Shown here piece after piece: positions 1 through 8,928 of a stretch of DNA of 64,000 bases. A program made the translations under genes and the position numbers. Location of the stretch: assembly GCA_965199715.1 (NCBI GenBank), contig OZ241322.1, forward strand, positions 320,001-384,000, given 5' to 3'. The notes beneath the pieces were generated by a model. The model had not been told where the DNA came from. It saw nothing but the letters and a program-made list of their open reading frames with translations, and searched no databases. The number at the start of each line of letters is the position of its first letter. Within the stretch, counting starts at the first letter, position 1. Source of the stretch: Vicinamibacteria bacterium (GTDB lineage Bacteria; Acidobacteriota; Vicinamibacteria; Marinacidobacterales; Marinacidobacteraceae).

Positions 1-847
1 GGTAGCGGACGGCGGCTCCGGCGGCGGCGACGGCGGCCGGGGCGTCCGCGATTCCGAACGACTCGAGCGAGACCGTGCCGAACTGGCGGGTGAGCGCCTC
101 GGCGGCGTGGCGCGGCTCGAACCAGTACGCCGGGCGCGCCGTCACCAGCGGGTTCCCGTCGCAGGCGGCGGCGCGCCCGTCGGCGGCGCCGTCGTCGGCC
201 ACGAGAAGCTCCTTCGGACCGAACGCGGCGGCCGCCTCGGCGCAGGCGGCGAATTCGCCGGGGGCGAAATCGGCGGCCACGAAGTGGGCGGTCGAGAGGT
301 CCGCCCACGCCGCGCCGATCCGGCGGGCGTGGGGCGGGCCGACTTTGGCCACGGCCATGAGCCAGGCGCCGTCCGAGTCCTCGTCCTCGGCGTGGAGCCA
401 CGTCGAAGGCGTCGCGATCCGCACGACCTCCCGGCGGACGATGCCCCGGGACGCCCCGGCCGGCTCGACCTGTTCGCCGATGGCGACCCGATGCCCCGCG
501 CGGACCAGCTTTCCGAGGTAGCCCTCGAGCGCGTGGTGCGGGAACCCGGCCATGGGGATGGGGTTGCCTTCTGCGTCGCGCTGACGCGAGGTGACCGCGA
601 GGTCGAGCACCCTTCCGGCGACGTGGGCGTCCTCGCCGAACATCTCGTAGAAGTCGCCCATCCGGAAGAACAGGATCGCGTCGCCCGCCTCCCGGCGAAG
701 CTCCTCGTACTGGAGCATGGCCGGCGAGCCGCCGCCGCCCGGCGCGCGGGCGGATCGCTTCCTGGGCCTGGCGGCCGCGGGGGCCGGCGTTTCCGGCGGC
801 GCCGCCCGCTCCGTCGGGAACAGCAGGCGGGGAATGGAGAGGGACAC
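1..847 (-). CDS. mutS: DNA mismatch repair protein MutS (N-terminal part; runs off the window edge)
   Basis: Hand translation of the minus strand gives PAMLQYEELRREAGDAILFFRMGDFYEMFGEDA...IPMAGFPHHALEGYLGKLVRAGHRVAIGEQ, the MutS domain I F-X-E motif. Absent from the ORF track, presumably because the frame has no stop in the window. GTG start at 847 is approximate. Confidence 0.95.
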   Translation of the reverse strand, partial: MSLSIPRLLFPTERAAPPETPAPAAARPRKRSARAPGGGGSPAMLQYEELRREAGDAILFFRMGDFYEMFGEDAHVAGRVLDLAVTSRQRDAEGNPIPMAGFPHHALEGYLGKLVRAGHRVAIGEQVEPAGASRGIVRREVVRIATPSTWLHAEDEDSDGAWLMAVAKVGPPHARRIGAAWADLSTAHFVAADFAPGEFAACAEAAAAFGPKELLVADDGAADGRAAACDGNPLVTARPAYWFEPRHAAEALTRQFGTVSLESFGIADAPAAVAAAGAAVRY

Positions 848-891
848 GGCGAGCCCCGCGGCCGAGCGGATGGGCAGTATGGTACTGGCCC

Positions 892-1581
892 GTGACCGAG
901 CGAACCGCGCCCCGGGCGGTCGTCGGGGTCGATACCACGGGCGATCTCGGAAGCGTCGCGGCGCTCGTCGGGGAGGAGCCGATCGTCCGCTCCTTCGCCC
1001 CGGGCCGGCAGCACTCGGCGAACCTGCTGCCCGCGCTCGAGGATGTCCTTGAAGCGGCGGGAGCGGATCTCGGGCCGCGGACGCTGCTCGCGGCGGCGCG
1101 GGGCCCCGGCTCGTTCACCGGCCTGCGGGTCGGGCTGGCGACGATCCAGGGGCTCGCGCTCGCGAACGGCCTCGAGGCGGTCGGGGTCTCGGCGCTCGAC
1201 GCCGCGGCGGCCATGGCGCCGGCCGCGGACGGGCCGGTCCTCGTGCTGGTGGACGCGCTTCGCGGCGAGCTCTTCGGCGGCGTGTACCCGCGCGGGCCCG
1301 GCCCGATGCGGCTACGGCCCGAGGAGACCGGAGGCGTCGTCCGGGAGTGCGGCGCGGTCGCCGTCGCGGGACCGGGGGTCGCCCGCTGGCGCGACGCGCT
1401 GCGGGCCGCGAACCCGGGAATCCCGGTCCACGACGAAGTTCCGCCGCTCGCCGCCGCGGTCGCCCGTATCGGACGGGACCGCTTCGTGCGCGGAGAACCC
1501 GCGCCGCTCGCGCCGCTCTATCTCCGGGCGCCGGACGCGGTACCCTCTCCCCCGGCGGGGCGCGCCCCGCGACGAACGTGA
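892..1581 (+). CDS. tsaB: tRNA threonylcarbamoyladenosine biosynthesis protein TsaB
   Basis: GVDTT, HSANLLP and GPGSFTGLRVG motifs; C-terminal PLYLR. Confidence 0.93.
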   Translation: MTERTAPRAVVGVDTTGDLGSVAALVGEEPIVRSFAPGRQHSANLLPALEDVLEAAGADLGPRTLLAAARGPGSFTGLRVGLATIQGLALANGLEAVGVSALDAAAAMAPAADGPVLVLVDALRGELFGGVYPRGPGPMRLRPEETGGVVRECGAVAVAGPGVARWRDALRAANPGIPVHDEVPPLAAAVARIGRDRFVRGEPAPLAPLYLRAPDAVPSPPAGRAPRRT

Positions 1582-1613
1582 ACCGAGACTGAACCGACGG
1601 GCGGGAGGCGCCG

Positions 1614-1826
1614 ATGGAACCCACGGAAACGCAAGAGAATCCGGCTCCCGGGGAGGCGCGGGCGCTGGAGGAGATGAAGCAGGAACACCGGCGCCTCGAC
1701 GAGCGCATCGCCGAGCTGGAGTCGCAGCTCACGCTCACCCCGGACGAGCACATGCAGGCCGCCGTGATGAAGAAGCGCAAGCTCGCGCTGCGGGACCGGA
1801 TCGAGCTCGCGTCCCAGAGGGCCTGA
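1614..1826 (+). CDS. DUF465/YdcH-like small coiled-coil protein
   Basis: EHRRLDERIAELE...MKKRKLALRDRI pattern; GGAGG RBS upstream. Confidence 0.8.
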   Translation: MEPTETQENPAPGEARALEEMKQEHRRLDERIAELESQLTLTPDEHMQAAVMKKRKLALRDRIELASQRA

Positions 1827-1845
1827 ACCCGGACGCGCGGGGCGC

Positions 1846-2478
1846 ATGCGCATCCCCATCGCCCCCGAGGGCCGCGCGTTCGTCGCGATTCCGCTGGCGC
1901 TCGCGCTGGGAACCGCCGCGCTCCACCTGGCCGCCGGGGTGCCGTGGCTTCTCGTTGCGCTCGGTTTCGCGGGCGCGGCGCTCTTTTCGGCGTTCTTCTT
2001 TCGGGATCCGACGCGCCGGCCGCCCGAGGACCCGGACGCGGTCGTCGCCGCCGCCGACGGGGTGGTAACCGCGGTGGCCGAGGACGAGGACGGGGCGACC
2101 CGCATCACGGTGTTTCTCTCGATCTTCGACGTGCACGTGAACCGGGCGCCGGTCAGCGGCGTGGTCACCGGCGTCGAGCGCCGTTCCGGGGAGTTCCGCG
2201 CGGCCTTCCGGGAGGACGCCGGCGAGCGGAACGAAACCAACGAGGTCCGGATCCGCAGCGGGGCGGGGACGGTGCGGGTGCGCCAGATCGTCGGCGCGGT
2301 GGCTCGCCGGATCGTCTGCCGGGTCGCGCCGGGCGACCGGCTGGCGCGCGGCGAGCGGTTCGGGCTGATCCGGTTCGGGTCCCGGACCGACGTGCTGCTT
2401 CCCGCCGGGTGCCAGGTCCTGGTCCGCCCCCGCGAACGGGTGCGGGGCGGCGAGACCCTGGTGGCGCGGCTCCCGTGA
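1846..2478 (+). CDS. psd: Phosphatidylserine decarboxylase proenzyme
   Basis: FFRDP, FLSIFDVHVNRAP and GLIRFGSRTD self-cleavage motif. Confidence 0.95.
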   Translation: MRIPIAPEGRAFVAIPLALALGTAALHLAAGVPWLLVALGFAGAALFSAFFFRDPTRRPPEDPDAVVAAADGVVTAVAEDEDGATRITVFLSIFDVHVNRAPVSGVVTGVERRSGEFRAAFREDAGERNETNEVRIRSGAGTVRVRQIVGAVARRIVCRVAPGDRLARGERFGLIRFGSRTDVLLPAGCQVLVRPRERVRGGETLVARLP

Positions 2479-3236
2479 AGATCCGCCGCCCGCTGCTGCG
2501 AACCCGCCGGGGGGTCTTCCTGCTGCCCGCCGGGTTCACCGTCGCGAACATCTTCCTCGGCTTCTACTCGATGATCGAGAGCCTGCTGGGGGACTACCGG
2601 GCGGCGGCGCTCGCGATCGGCTTCGCGATCCTCGCCGACCTCGTGGACGGGCGCGTGGCCCGGTTCGCCTCGGCGACGAGCGAATTCGGGCGCGAGCTGG
2701 ACTCGCTCGCCGACATGTGCTCCTTCGGGATCGCGCCGGCGATCCTCGTGTGGTCGTGGTCGCTCCACCACGTCGCGCCGACCGGTTGGCTCGTGGCCGC
2801 GCTCTACGCCGTGTGCGCGGCGGTGCGTCTCGCCCGATTCAACGTGGGCCGGCTGAATCAGGACAGCGGCTTCTACGTCGGGCTGCCCACGCCGGCCGCG
2901 GGCGCGCTCGTGGGGGCGGTCGTGTATGCGTTGCCCGAGCCGCCCGGGCCCGGTCTTCCGACCGCGCTCGCCTTCCTGTCGATCGTGGCCCTCTCGATGC
3001 TCATGAACAGCCCGGTCCGCTATCTGAGCTTCAAGGGGCTGAGCGAGCGGCGGGCGCACTCGTACCGGTTGCTGCCGATCCTCGCCGGATTCGTCGTCGC
3101 GACGATCGCCGAGCCGGTCGTGATGTTCCTCGTCCTCTCCATCGGATTCGCGATCCACCCGGCGTTCCTTCGCGCCCGGCGCCTGGCCCTCCGGAAGCGG
3201 TCCGCCGCCGCGCTCCCGCAGGAAGAGAAGTCCTGA
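2475..3236 (+). CDS. pssA: CDP-diacylglycerol--serine O-phosphatidyltransferase
   Basis: DLVDGRVAR...GRELDSLADMCSFG CDP-alcohol phosphotransferase motif, RLARFN, GLPTP. GTG start overlaps the psd stop (GTGA). Confidence 0.93.
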   Translation: MKIRRPLLRTRRGVFLLPAGFTVANIFLGFYSMIESLLGDYRAAALAIGFAILADLVDGRVARFASATSEFGRELDSLADMCSFGIAPAILVWSWSLHHVAPTGWLVAALYAVCAAVRLARFNVGRLNQDSGFYVGLPTPAAGALVGAVVYALPEPPGPGLPTALAFLSIVALSMLMNSPVRYLSFKGLSERRAHSYRLLPILAGFVVATIAEPVVMFLVLSIGFAIHPAFLRARRLALRKRSAAALPQEEKS

Positions 3237-3239
3237 GCG

Positions 3240-3686
3240 TCAGCGCCGCGCCCACGCGGTGATCTCGCGGACGCGCCACCCCTCCTCGCCCCGGCCGCCG
3301 AGCTCGAGGGCGATCCGGAACCGCTCGCGCAGCGGCCGGTCGTTTCCGATCTCCATGCTCCGCCACTCGGCGGAGAGGATCGCGAAGCGCCCATCGGCGG
3401 AACGCCGGATCGAGCCGGGCCGCTCGGTCCAGGCCACGGACGCCCGCTGGCGGAACAGGACCCCGAGCCGCCGCCGGAGTTCGTCCCCGGTGACGCTCCG
3501 CCAAGGCTCGCCGGCCAGCGCGATGACCGCCCAGCCTTCCGGGTAAAGACCCGCCATCCGGTCGGCGTCGCCGGCCTCGAAGGCGGCCCCGAGGCGCCCG
3601 AGCGCGTCGGCGAGCGTGTCGCGAGGCCCGTCCGCCGGCGCGCACGCGGTCCCGAGCGCCAGGAGCAGCGGCGCGAGCCTCCTCAC
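3240..3686 (-). CDS. Putative lipoprotein, NTF2/SnoaL-like fold
   Basis: Signal and lipobox LALGTAC, AFEAGDADRMAGLY helix, C-terminal WRVREI. GTG start overlaps the kinase stop. Confidence 0.6.
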   Translation of the reverse strand: MRRLAPLLLALGTACAPADGPRDTLADALGRLGAAFEAGDADRMAGLYPEGWAVIALAGEPWRSVTGDELRRRLGVLFRQRASVAWTERPGSIRRSADGRFAILSAEWRSMEIGNDRPLRERFRIALELGGRGEEGWRVREITAWARR

Positions 3687-6600
3687 GGCCCCGGCCCCCG
3701 CAGCGGGAGGAGCACCGCGATCAGAAGCCCCGGCTCGCCGTCGGGACGGCTCTCCGCCCGCACCGAACCGCCGTGCGCCTCGGCGAAGCGGCGGGTGTTC
3801 GCGAGGCCGAGGCCGGAGCCCCTGGTCCTCGTCGAGAACTCGGCCTCGAAGACCCGCTCGCGAAGCTCCCGGCTGACGCCCGGGCCGTTGTCCTCCACCT
3901 CGATCCGCGCCCGCGAGCCGGCCCGGCGGGCGCGGACCGCGATCTCCCCGTCCTCGCGCCCGGAGTCGCCGACGGCCTCGAGCGCGTTCTGGAGCAGGTT
4001 CTCCACGATGCGGGCGAGGATTCCGGCGTCCGCCCGGACCCGGAGGCCGAGTTCGGCCTCCACCCGAATTCCGATCCCGCCCGACGCCCGCGCGTAGGGA
4101 GCGACGGTCTCGCCGGTGAGCGTCCCGAGATCGACCTCCTCGAGCTCGAGCGGCGCGCCGACGGCGGAGAACTCGGAGGAGATCCGGCGGAGGCGCTCCA
4201 CCTGAAGCAGGATGTCCCGGCTGCCCTCGAGCGCGGTCTCGCGCACGTCCCGGCCGCGCGGGTCGCGGGCCACCCGGTCGATGTAGTCGGCGGTGAACTG
4301 GATCGGCGCCAGCGCGTTCTTGATGTCGTGCGCCGCCCGCCGCGCGAGGTCCGCCGTCGCCTCCTCGCGCATCCGTCGACGCACGCCGGGAATGCGGCGG
4401 GTGAGCCGCTCCACGCTGCGGGCGAGGAGGCGCAGCTCGTCCACGTCTCCGGCCTCGGCTACCGGCCCCTCGACCGATCCGTCGGCGATGCGATGGGTGA
4501 CCCGCGCCAGCCGCCGCACCGGCGCTGCGAGCCGCCGCGCCATGAAGCCGGGGAGCAGCACCGCGCACACGAGCGCCACCACTCCGGCGGCGAGGACGAG
4601 CGTGTGCTGGAGCGCCCGCGCCCCGGCCTCCCGCGCCGCCTCCAGTCGGGGCAGGGGAACCGCGAGGAAGCGCTCGCGGACGCCTCCGGGCAGCCGCACC
4701 CAGGCGATCCGGTAGCGCAGCGAATCGGGCTCGGCGCGATCCAGCACCGGCTCGCTCCCGATCGCCGCCATCGCCGGGATCGCCGGATGAGCGGGCAGCA
4801 GGCCCGCGAGCGCCAGCGCCGGACGGCTGACCCCGGCGAGTCGGCCCGCCTCGTAGAGCGCGAGGTCGGCGTCCACCTGGTCCGCCGCCCGCGCCAGCCG
4901 GAGCTCCAGCTCGGACGGGTCGAGTCCGGCCTCGAACGCGCCCGAGGCGCGGGCGACCCGCTCGGCGACGCCCGCCCGCTCGGCCGCCTCGGCCTCGCTG
5001 GTCCCGTCGAGCACGGCCTCCATCCGCCGCTCGCCGAAAACCGAGAGCCCGATCACCGCGACGAGCACCGCGGCCCCGAGCGCTTCGGTGAGCTGCATCC
5101 GGAAGCTGCGCCGCAAGCGGCGTCGGCGCGAGCCGGGAGCGAGCAGCCGAATGCGGACGGCGACTGCGGGGACGAGCGCGAACACGACCGCAAGGAAGAG
5201 CCATCCGAGCGCGCCGGCCGCGATGTCCTGCCAACCGGTCCGCCGCCACGACACGCGCCATAGCTCGTCGCCGACGGGGATCGACGAGGACGCCCGATCG
5301 GAGTCCAAAAGCCCGGCCGCGGGCGCGAGGCGAAGGTCGCGTCCGGCGAAGATGGCCGGAGCGGCGGGGTCCTCGAGCAGGAAGTGGTCGGCGACCCCGC
5401 CCGGCCGCGACGCCATCGGGACGTCGGCGACCCGCACGGCCACGGTTAGGCGGAATCGTTCTCCTCCCGCGAGGCGCCCGTCCACGTGGAACGCGTCCCC
5501 GGAGTCGGCCGCGCAGGCGCGGAACGCCCCGCCCGGCGCGCCGTCGGGCGCCGCGGGGCCCATCGGCGCACCGGCTTGGCGGGGAAATCCGACCGAGAAT
5601 CGGGAAACCGCGCCCTCCGCGCCCTCGACGGCGAGGCCGCTCGGCAGGTTCAGCCGGGGCAGGCCGGTGGCGAGCCAGAGGCGCCACGCCGCGTCCGGCG
5701 GCGCCGCCGCGATCGCGGTCCGCGCTAGCTCGGCGCTCGCCTCCGCGGCGGCGTGGCAGACCCGGTAGCGGTGCCGCTCGATCTGCGCCGGGGCCTCGGT
5801 GGCGGCGAAGGCGTGGCGGCTGGCGCCCTCGAACCACTCCATCGCCGGGAGCAGCAGCAATTGCGGGCCGATGAAGAGGCTCAGCGCGAGGAAGAGGGCG
5901 AGCCCCGGCTCCTTCCGCCCGAGCGGCGCCCGCAGTTGGCGCATCCACAGGCGGCCTCGGGAGGTTCGGCGGACGGCGAGCGCTCCGGCGAACGCGAACG
6001 CCGCGGCGAGCCCGACGGCCGGACCGAAACCGATTCCGGCGAGCGCGACCGCGCCCCACCCGGCGCCGGACGCCCACCCGCCCCGGCGCAGCGCGAGCAG
6101 CGCCCCGAGCATCGCGGCGGAGACCGCGGCCATGAGCGCGAACCAGCCGACGATCTCGGCGCTCCCGGCGCCGACCTGCCAGCGCGGCGTCATCGGGAAC
6201 GCGCCGGTCGCGGCGATCTCCCGCAGGAGGAGCACGAGCGCCACGACGATCCCGGCGGCGAGCGCGCCGTGCGCGGCGGCCCGGAGCGGTTTTCGGGGCG
6301 CGGCGGCGCCGCCGGGTCCTTGCACCTGCACCACGCGCATCGCCGCGAGCGCGGCGAGCGCGGTGAGGAGCGCCCCCGCGGGCGAGGCGGGAATTCCCGG
6401 CAGCCCGGGAGACGCGCCGCCGCCCCAGGCGAACAAGGCGGCGCCCGGGAAGGCGTCGGAAAGCGCGCGCAGGAGCGAACCTCCGCCGAAGAGGAAGAGC
6501 CCGACCGCCGCGAGCGCGCCGAAGAGGCCCGACTTCCACAGCAGCGTCCCGGCGACCGCTCCGCCGGCGAACAGCGCGAACGCCGCGAGCGGCTGCGCCC

Positions 6601-7564
6601 GGGCGCGGCGTTCCGCCTCCCGCACCCGGGGCGGCGCGATGAGCGTGTTCGCGACGCCCAGAAGCTGTCCGTCGTAGGCCCGCAGGGCGAAGAAGTACTC
6701 GAGCGCGTCCGGCGAACCCTCGCGGAAGCGCTCACCGCGCAGCTCGAAGAGGCTCGCGAGGGCCGAAGGGTCCTCGGCGCCCCGAAGGAATTGCACCGTC
6801 ATGCCCCGGCGCCCGGCGATCTCCAGCGCCGAGAGCGGCGGGTCGCCGAACACTGGGGGGGGGTCCTCCGAGATCGGGGCCTCGACGGTCACGAGGCCGA
6901 GCCGGTTCCGCAGGCACTCGGCGGCGACGAGCGTGCCCCGGCCGCCCTCCTCGCTGAAGAAGAAGAGCGGAAAGTAGGGCTCGGGGCAGTCCTCGGCGCG
7001 GACTCCCTCGGGGAACATCTCCCCGAGCGCCGCGTCGATGTGGGGATTCCGCCCGGACCACGCCACCGGCTCGAGGCCCCGGTCGTACAGCGTCGCCGTG
7101 GCGGGGCCGATGCCGGCGTCGGGAAGGCGCCAGCCCGACAGCGCGGCGAAGGCCGGCCCATGCGTGTCTCGGGCGTCGGACCCCTCGACCGCGGCTGCGA
7201 TCGCCGGGGTCCGGGCGATCAGGTAGGCCGCGTCCCCGACCTGCCGGGAGAGGTCGGCGAGCCAGGCGTCCACCCGGTCGGCGGCGCGGTTCGCGCCGGT
7301 GGACTCGCCGCGGACCCCGCGCTGAAGCGCGCTCCCGATCCCGAGCGCGGCCAGCGCCGCGAGCAGCAGCGCGGCGGGCGCCGCCCGATCCGTCCGTTGG
7401 TAGCGGACGAGCGCCGCGGCGGCGAGGAGCAGGAGCGCTCCCGACGCCGCGTAGCCTGCCGGCGGAAGCCACGCGAAGCGGCTCTGGACCTCGCCGACGG
7501 CGACGGCGTAGAGCGCGAGCCCCGACGCGAGCAGAACCGAGCCGGAGCGGAAGGGAAGGGCCAC
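3683..7564 (-). CDS. Large multi-TM sensor histidine kinase (NtrY-like HAMP-HisKA-HATPase)
   Basis: H-box AAHDIKNALAPIQ, N-box NLLQNALEA, G1 DNGPG, G2 GSGLGL; many hydrophobic segments. GTG start is approximate. Confidence 0.88.
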   Translation of the reverse strand: MALPFRSGSVLLASGLALYAVAVGEVQSRFAWLPPAGYAASGALLLLAAAALVRYQRTDRAAPAALLLAALAALGIGSALQRGVRGESTGANRAADRVDAWLADLSRQVGDAAYLIARTPAIAAAVEGSDARDTHGPAFAALSGWRLPDAGIGPATATLYDRGLEPVAWSGRNPHIDAALGEMFPEGVRAEDCPEPYFPLFFFSEEGGRGTLVAAECLRNRLGLVTVEAPISEDPPPVFGDPPLSALEIAGRRGMTVQFLRGAEDPSALASLFELRGERFREGSPDALEYFFALRAYDGQLLGVANTLIAPPRVREAERRARAQPLAAFALFAGGAVAGTLLWKSGLFGALAAVGLFLFGGGSLLRALSDAFPGAALFAWGGGASPGLPGIPASPAGALLTALAALAAMRVVQVQGPGGAAAPRKPLRAAAHGALAAGIVVALVLLLREIAATGAFPMTPRWQVGAGSAEIVGWFALMAAVSAAMLGALLALRRGGWASGAGWGAVALAGIGFGPAVGLAAAFAFAGALAVRRTSRGRLWMRQLRAPLGRKEPGLALFLALSLFIGPQLLLLPAMEWFEGASRHAFAATEAPAQIERHRYRVCHAAAEASAELARTAIAAAPPDAAWRLWLATGLPRLNLPSGLAVEGAEGAVSRFSVGFPRQAGAPMGPAAPDGAPGGAFRACAADSGDAFHVDGRLAGGERFRLTVAVRVADVPMASRPGGVADHFLLEDPAAPAIFAGRDLRLAPAAGLLDSDRASSSIPVGDELWRVSWRRTGWQDIAAGALGWLFLAVVFALVPAVAVRIRLLAPGSRRRRLRRSFRMQLTEALGAAVLVAVIGLSVFGERRMEAVLDGTSEAEAAERAGVAERVARASGAFEAGLDPSELELRLARAADQVDADLALYEAGRLAGVSRPALALAGLLPAHPAIPAMAAIGSEPVLDRAEPDSLRYRIAWVRLPGGVRERFLAVPLPRLEAAREAGARALQHTLVLAAGVVALVCAVLLPGFMARRLAAPVRRLARVTHRIADGSVEGPVAEAGDVDELRLLARSVERLTRRIPGVRRRMREEATADLARRAAHDIKNALAPIQFTADYIDRVARDPRGRDVRETALEGSRDILLQVERLRRISSEFSAVGAPLELEEVDLGTLTGETVAPYARASGGIGIRVEAELGLRVRADAGILARIVENLLQNALEAVGDSGREDGEIAVRARRAGSRARIEVEDNGPGVSRELRERVFEAEFSTRTRGSGLGLANTRRFAEAHGGSVRAESRPDGEPGLLIAVLLPLRGPGP

Positions 7565-7591
7565 GGCGATCGGTACAGTATCGGCGGCACC

Positions 7592-8914
7592 TTGCTCCGC
7601 GTCTTCCTCCGCCCGGCCGTTCCGGGGTTCTGGCTCGCCGCGGCGATCGCGGCGGCGCAGCCTCCGCCGACGGAACCGCCGCCCGCCGAGGCCCAACCGG
7701 AGCAGCCGCCCCCGGAGGAAGGGCAGGAGGAGCAGGCGCCGCAACCGCCCCCCGCCGAAGCCAAGCCGGAAGAAGCCGCGTCGGAAGAAGCCGAGTCCGG
7801 GCCGGCTCCGGAGCCTCCGCCGACCCCGACCGCCGGGATCCTGCCCGCGAACGAGCTCGCCGCGCCGTCGCCCGGTTTCCGGGATCCGATCGTCCAGGTC
7901 GCGCGGCACGGCGACGGCCTCGTCGTCCGCACCCGGACGGGGCGGGTCGTCGTCTACGCCCCGGACGCCGTTTCGGCCCGCTGGGCTCCCAGCGGGGACG
8001 CGACCCGGTTCATCGGCGTCCGGGACGACTCGCTGTTCCTGCTCGGCGACGAGGGGCGGCTCCAGTTCCGCAACCTGCGCGACGGAAGCGAGGTCGCGGC
8101 CCGGACGCTCGCGCCGCCGCCGCCCGCCGGGATCGTCGGTTCGGCGGGCGGATTCCTGCTCGCCGGCGGCGAAGGCGCGCTCTTCGGCTACGCGCCCGAG
8201 ACCGGCGAGCGCCGGTTCGAAATCCCGCTCCCGGGAGGAGCGGCGCGGACCATGACCGCGCGATCAGGCCTCCTCGCCGTCGCGCTCGACGGCGGCGCGG
8301 TGCTGCTCGCCGAGCGGCACGGCTCCGCGCTTCGCGAGCGCTGGCGGCGGGAAGGGGTCGGCACGGTCGAGACGAGCCTCCTGCTGCTCCCTGAGCGGGG
8401 TCTCCTCGTCGTCGGCACGATGGAGGGCGACCTTCTCGCGCTGCGCCTCGACGACGGCTGCGAGGCGTGGTCGTGGGCCCTCCAGGAAGCGTTCCGGCAC
8501 GCCCCGGGCGTCGGCGAGCGCTTCCTCTTCGCCGCGTCGGGGGCGAACACTCTCTACGCCTTCGACGTCGGGGGCGGGTCCGAGCGGTGGCGCGCGGCGC
8601 TGCCGGGCCGGCCGGCGGCCAGCCCGCTGACCATGGGCAATCGCCTCCTCGTCGCCACCCGCGACGGGCTGGCGCTGGAGTTCGACCCCCGCACCGGCCA
8701 CGCGGCGGGCGGCTACCAGGACGTGGGGGCCGAGATCGTCGGGGTCGTCGCGGGCGTGGACGACTCCGACTGGAGGGCGCGGCGCCTGTATCTGGGCCTT
8801 CGCGACGGGCGCTTTCTCGTCCTCGCGCCGCGCGGCGCGTCGCGGGCGGAGGAGCCGGAACCGCCGGATAGACTCCCGCCCGTCATGGAATCCGACCCGC
8901 TGCGCGCCCGGTGA
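7592..8914 (+). CDS. Exported PQQ-like/BamB-type beta-propeller repeat protein with Pro/Glu-rich N-terminal linker
   Basis: Repeated LYAFD/LLALR..G...W propeller motifs (ETGERRF, DDGCEAW, GGSERW); signal-like N terminus. TTG start is approximate. Confidence 0.7.
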   Translation: MLRVFLRPAVPGFWLAAAIAAAQPPPTEPPPAEAQPEQPPPEEGQEEQAPQPPPAEAKPEEAASEEAESGPAPEPPPTPTAGILPANELAAPSPGFRDPIVQVARHGDGLVVRTRTGRVVVYAPDAVSARWAPSGDATRFIGVRDDSLFLLGDEGRLQFRNLRDGSEVAARTLAPPPPAGIVGSAGGFLLAGGEGALFGYAPETGERRFEIPLPGGAARTMTARSGLLAVALDGGAVLLAERHGSALRERWRREGVGTVETSLLLLPERGLLVVGTMEGDLLALRLDDGCEAWSWALQEAFRHAPGVGERFLFAASGANTLYAFDVGGGSERWRAALPGRPAASPLTMGNRLLVATRDGLALEFDPRTGHAAGGYQDVGAEIVGVVAGVDDSDWRARRLYLGLRDGRFLVLAPRGASRAEEPEPPDRLPPVMESDPLRAR

Positions 8915-8928
8915 CGCCCGGCGGATCC

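Noticed and set aside
5478-5493. parS-like TCCACGTGGAAC
   Set aside because: Partial match inside the kinase CDS; no support from clustering.
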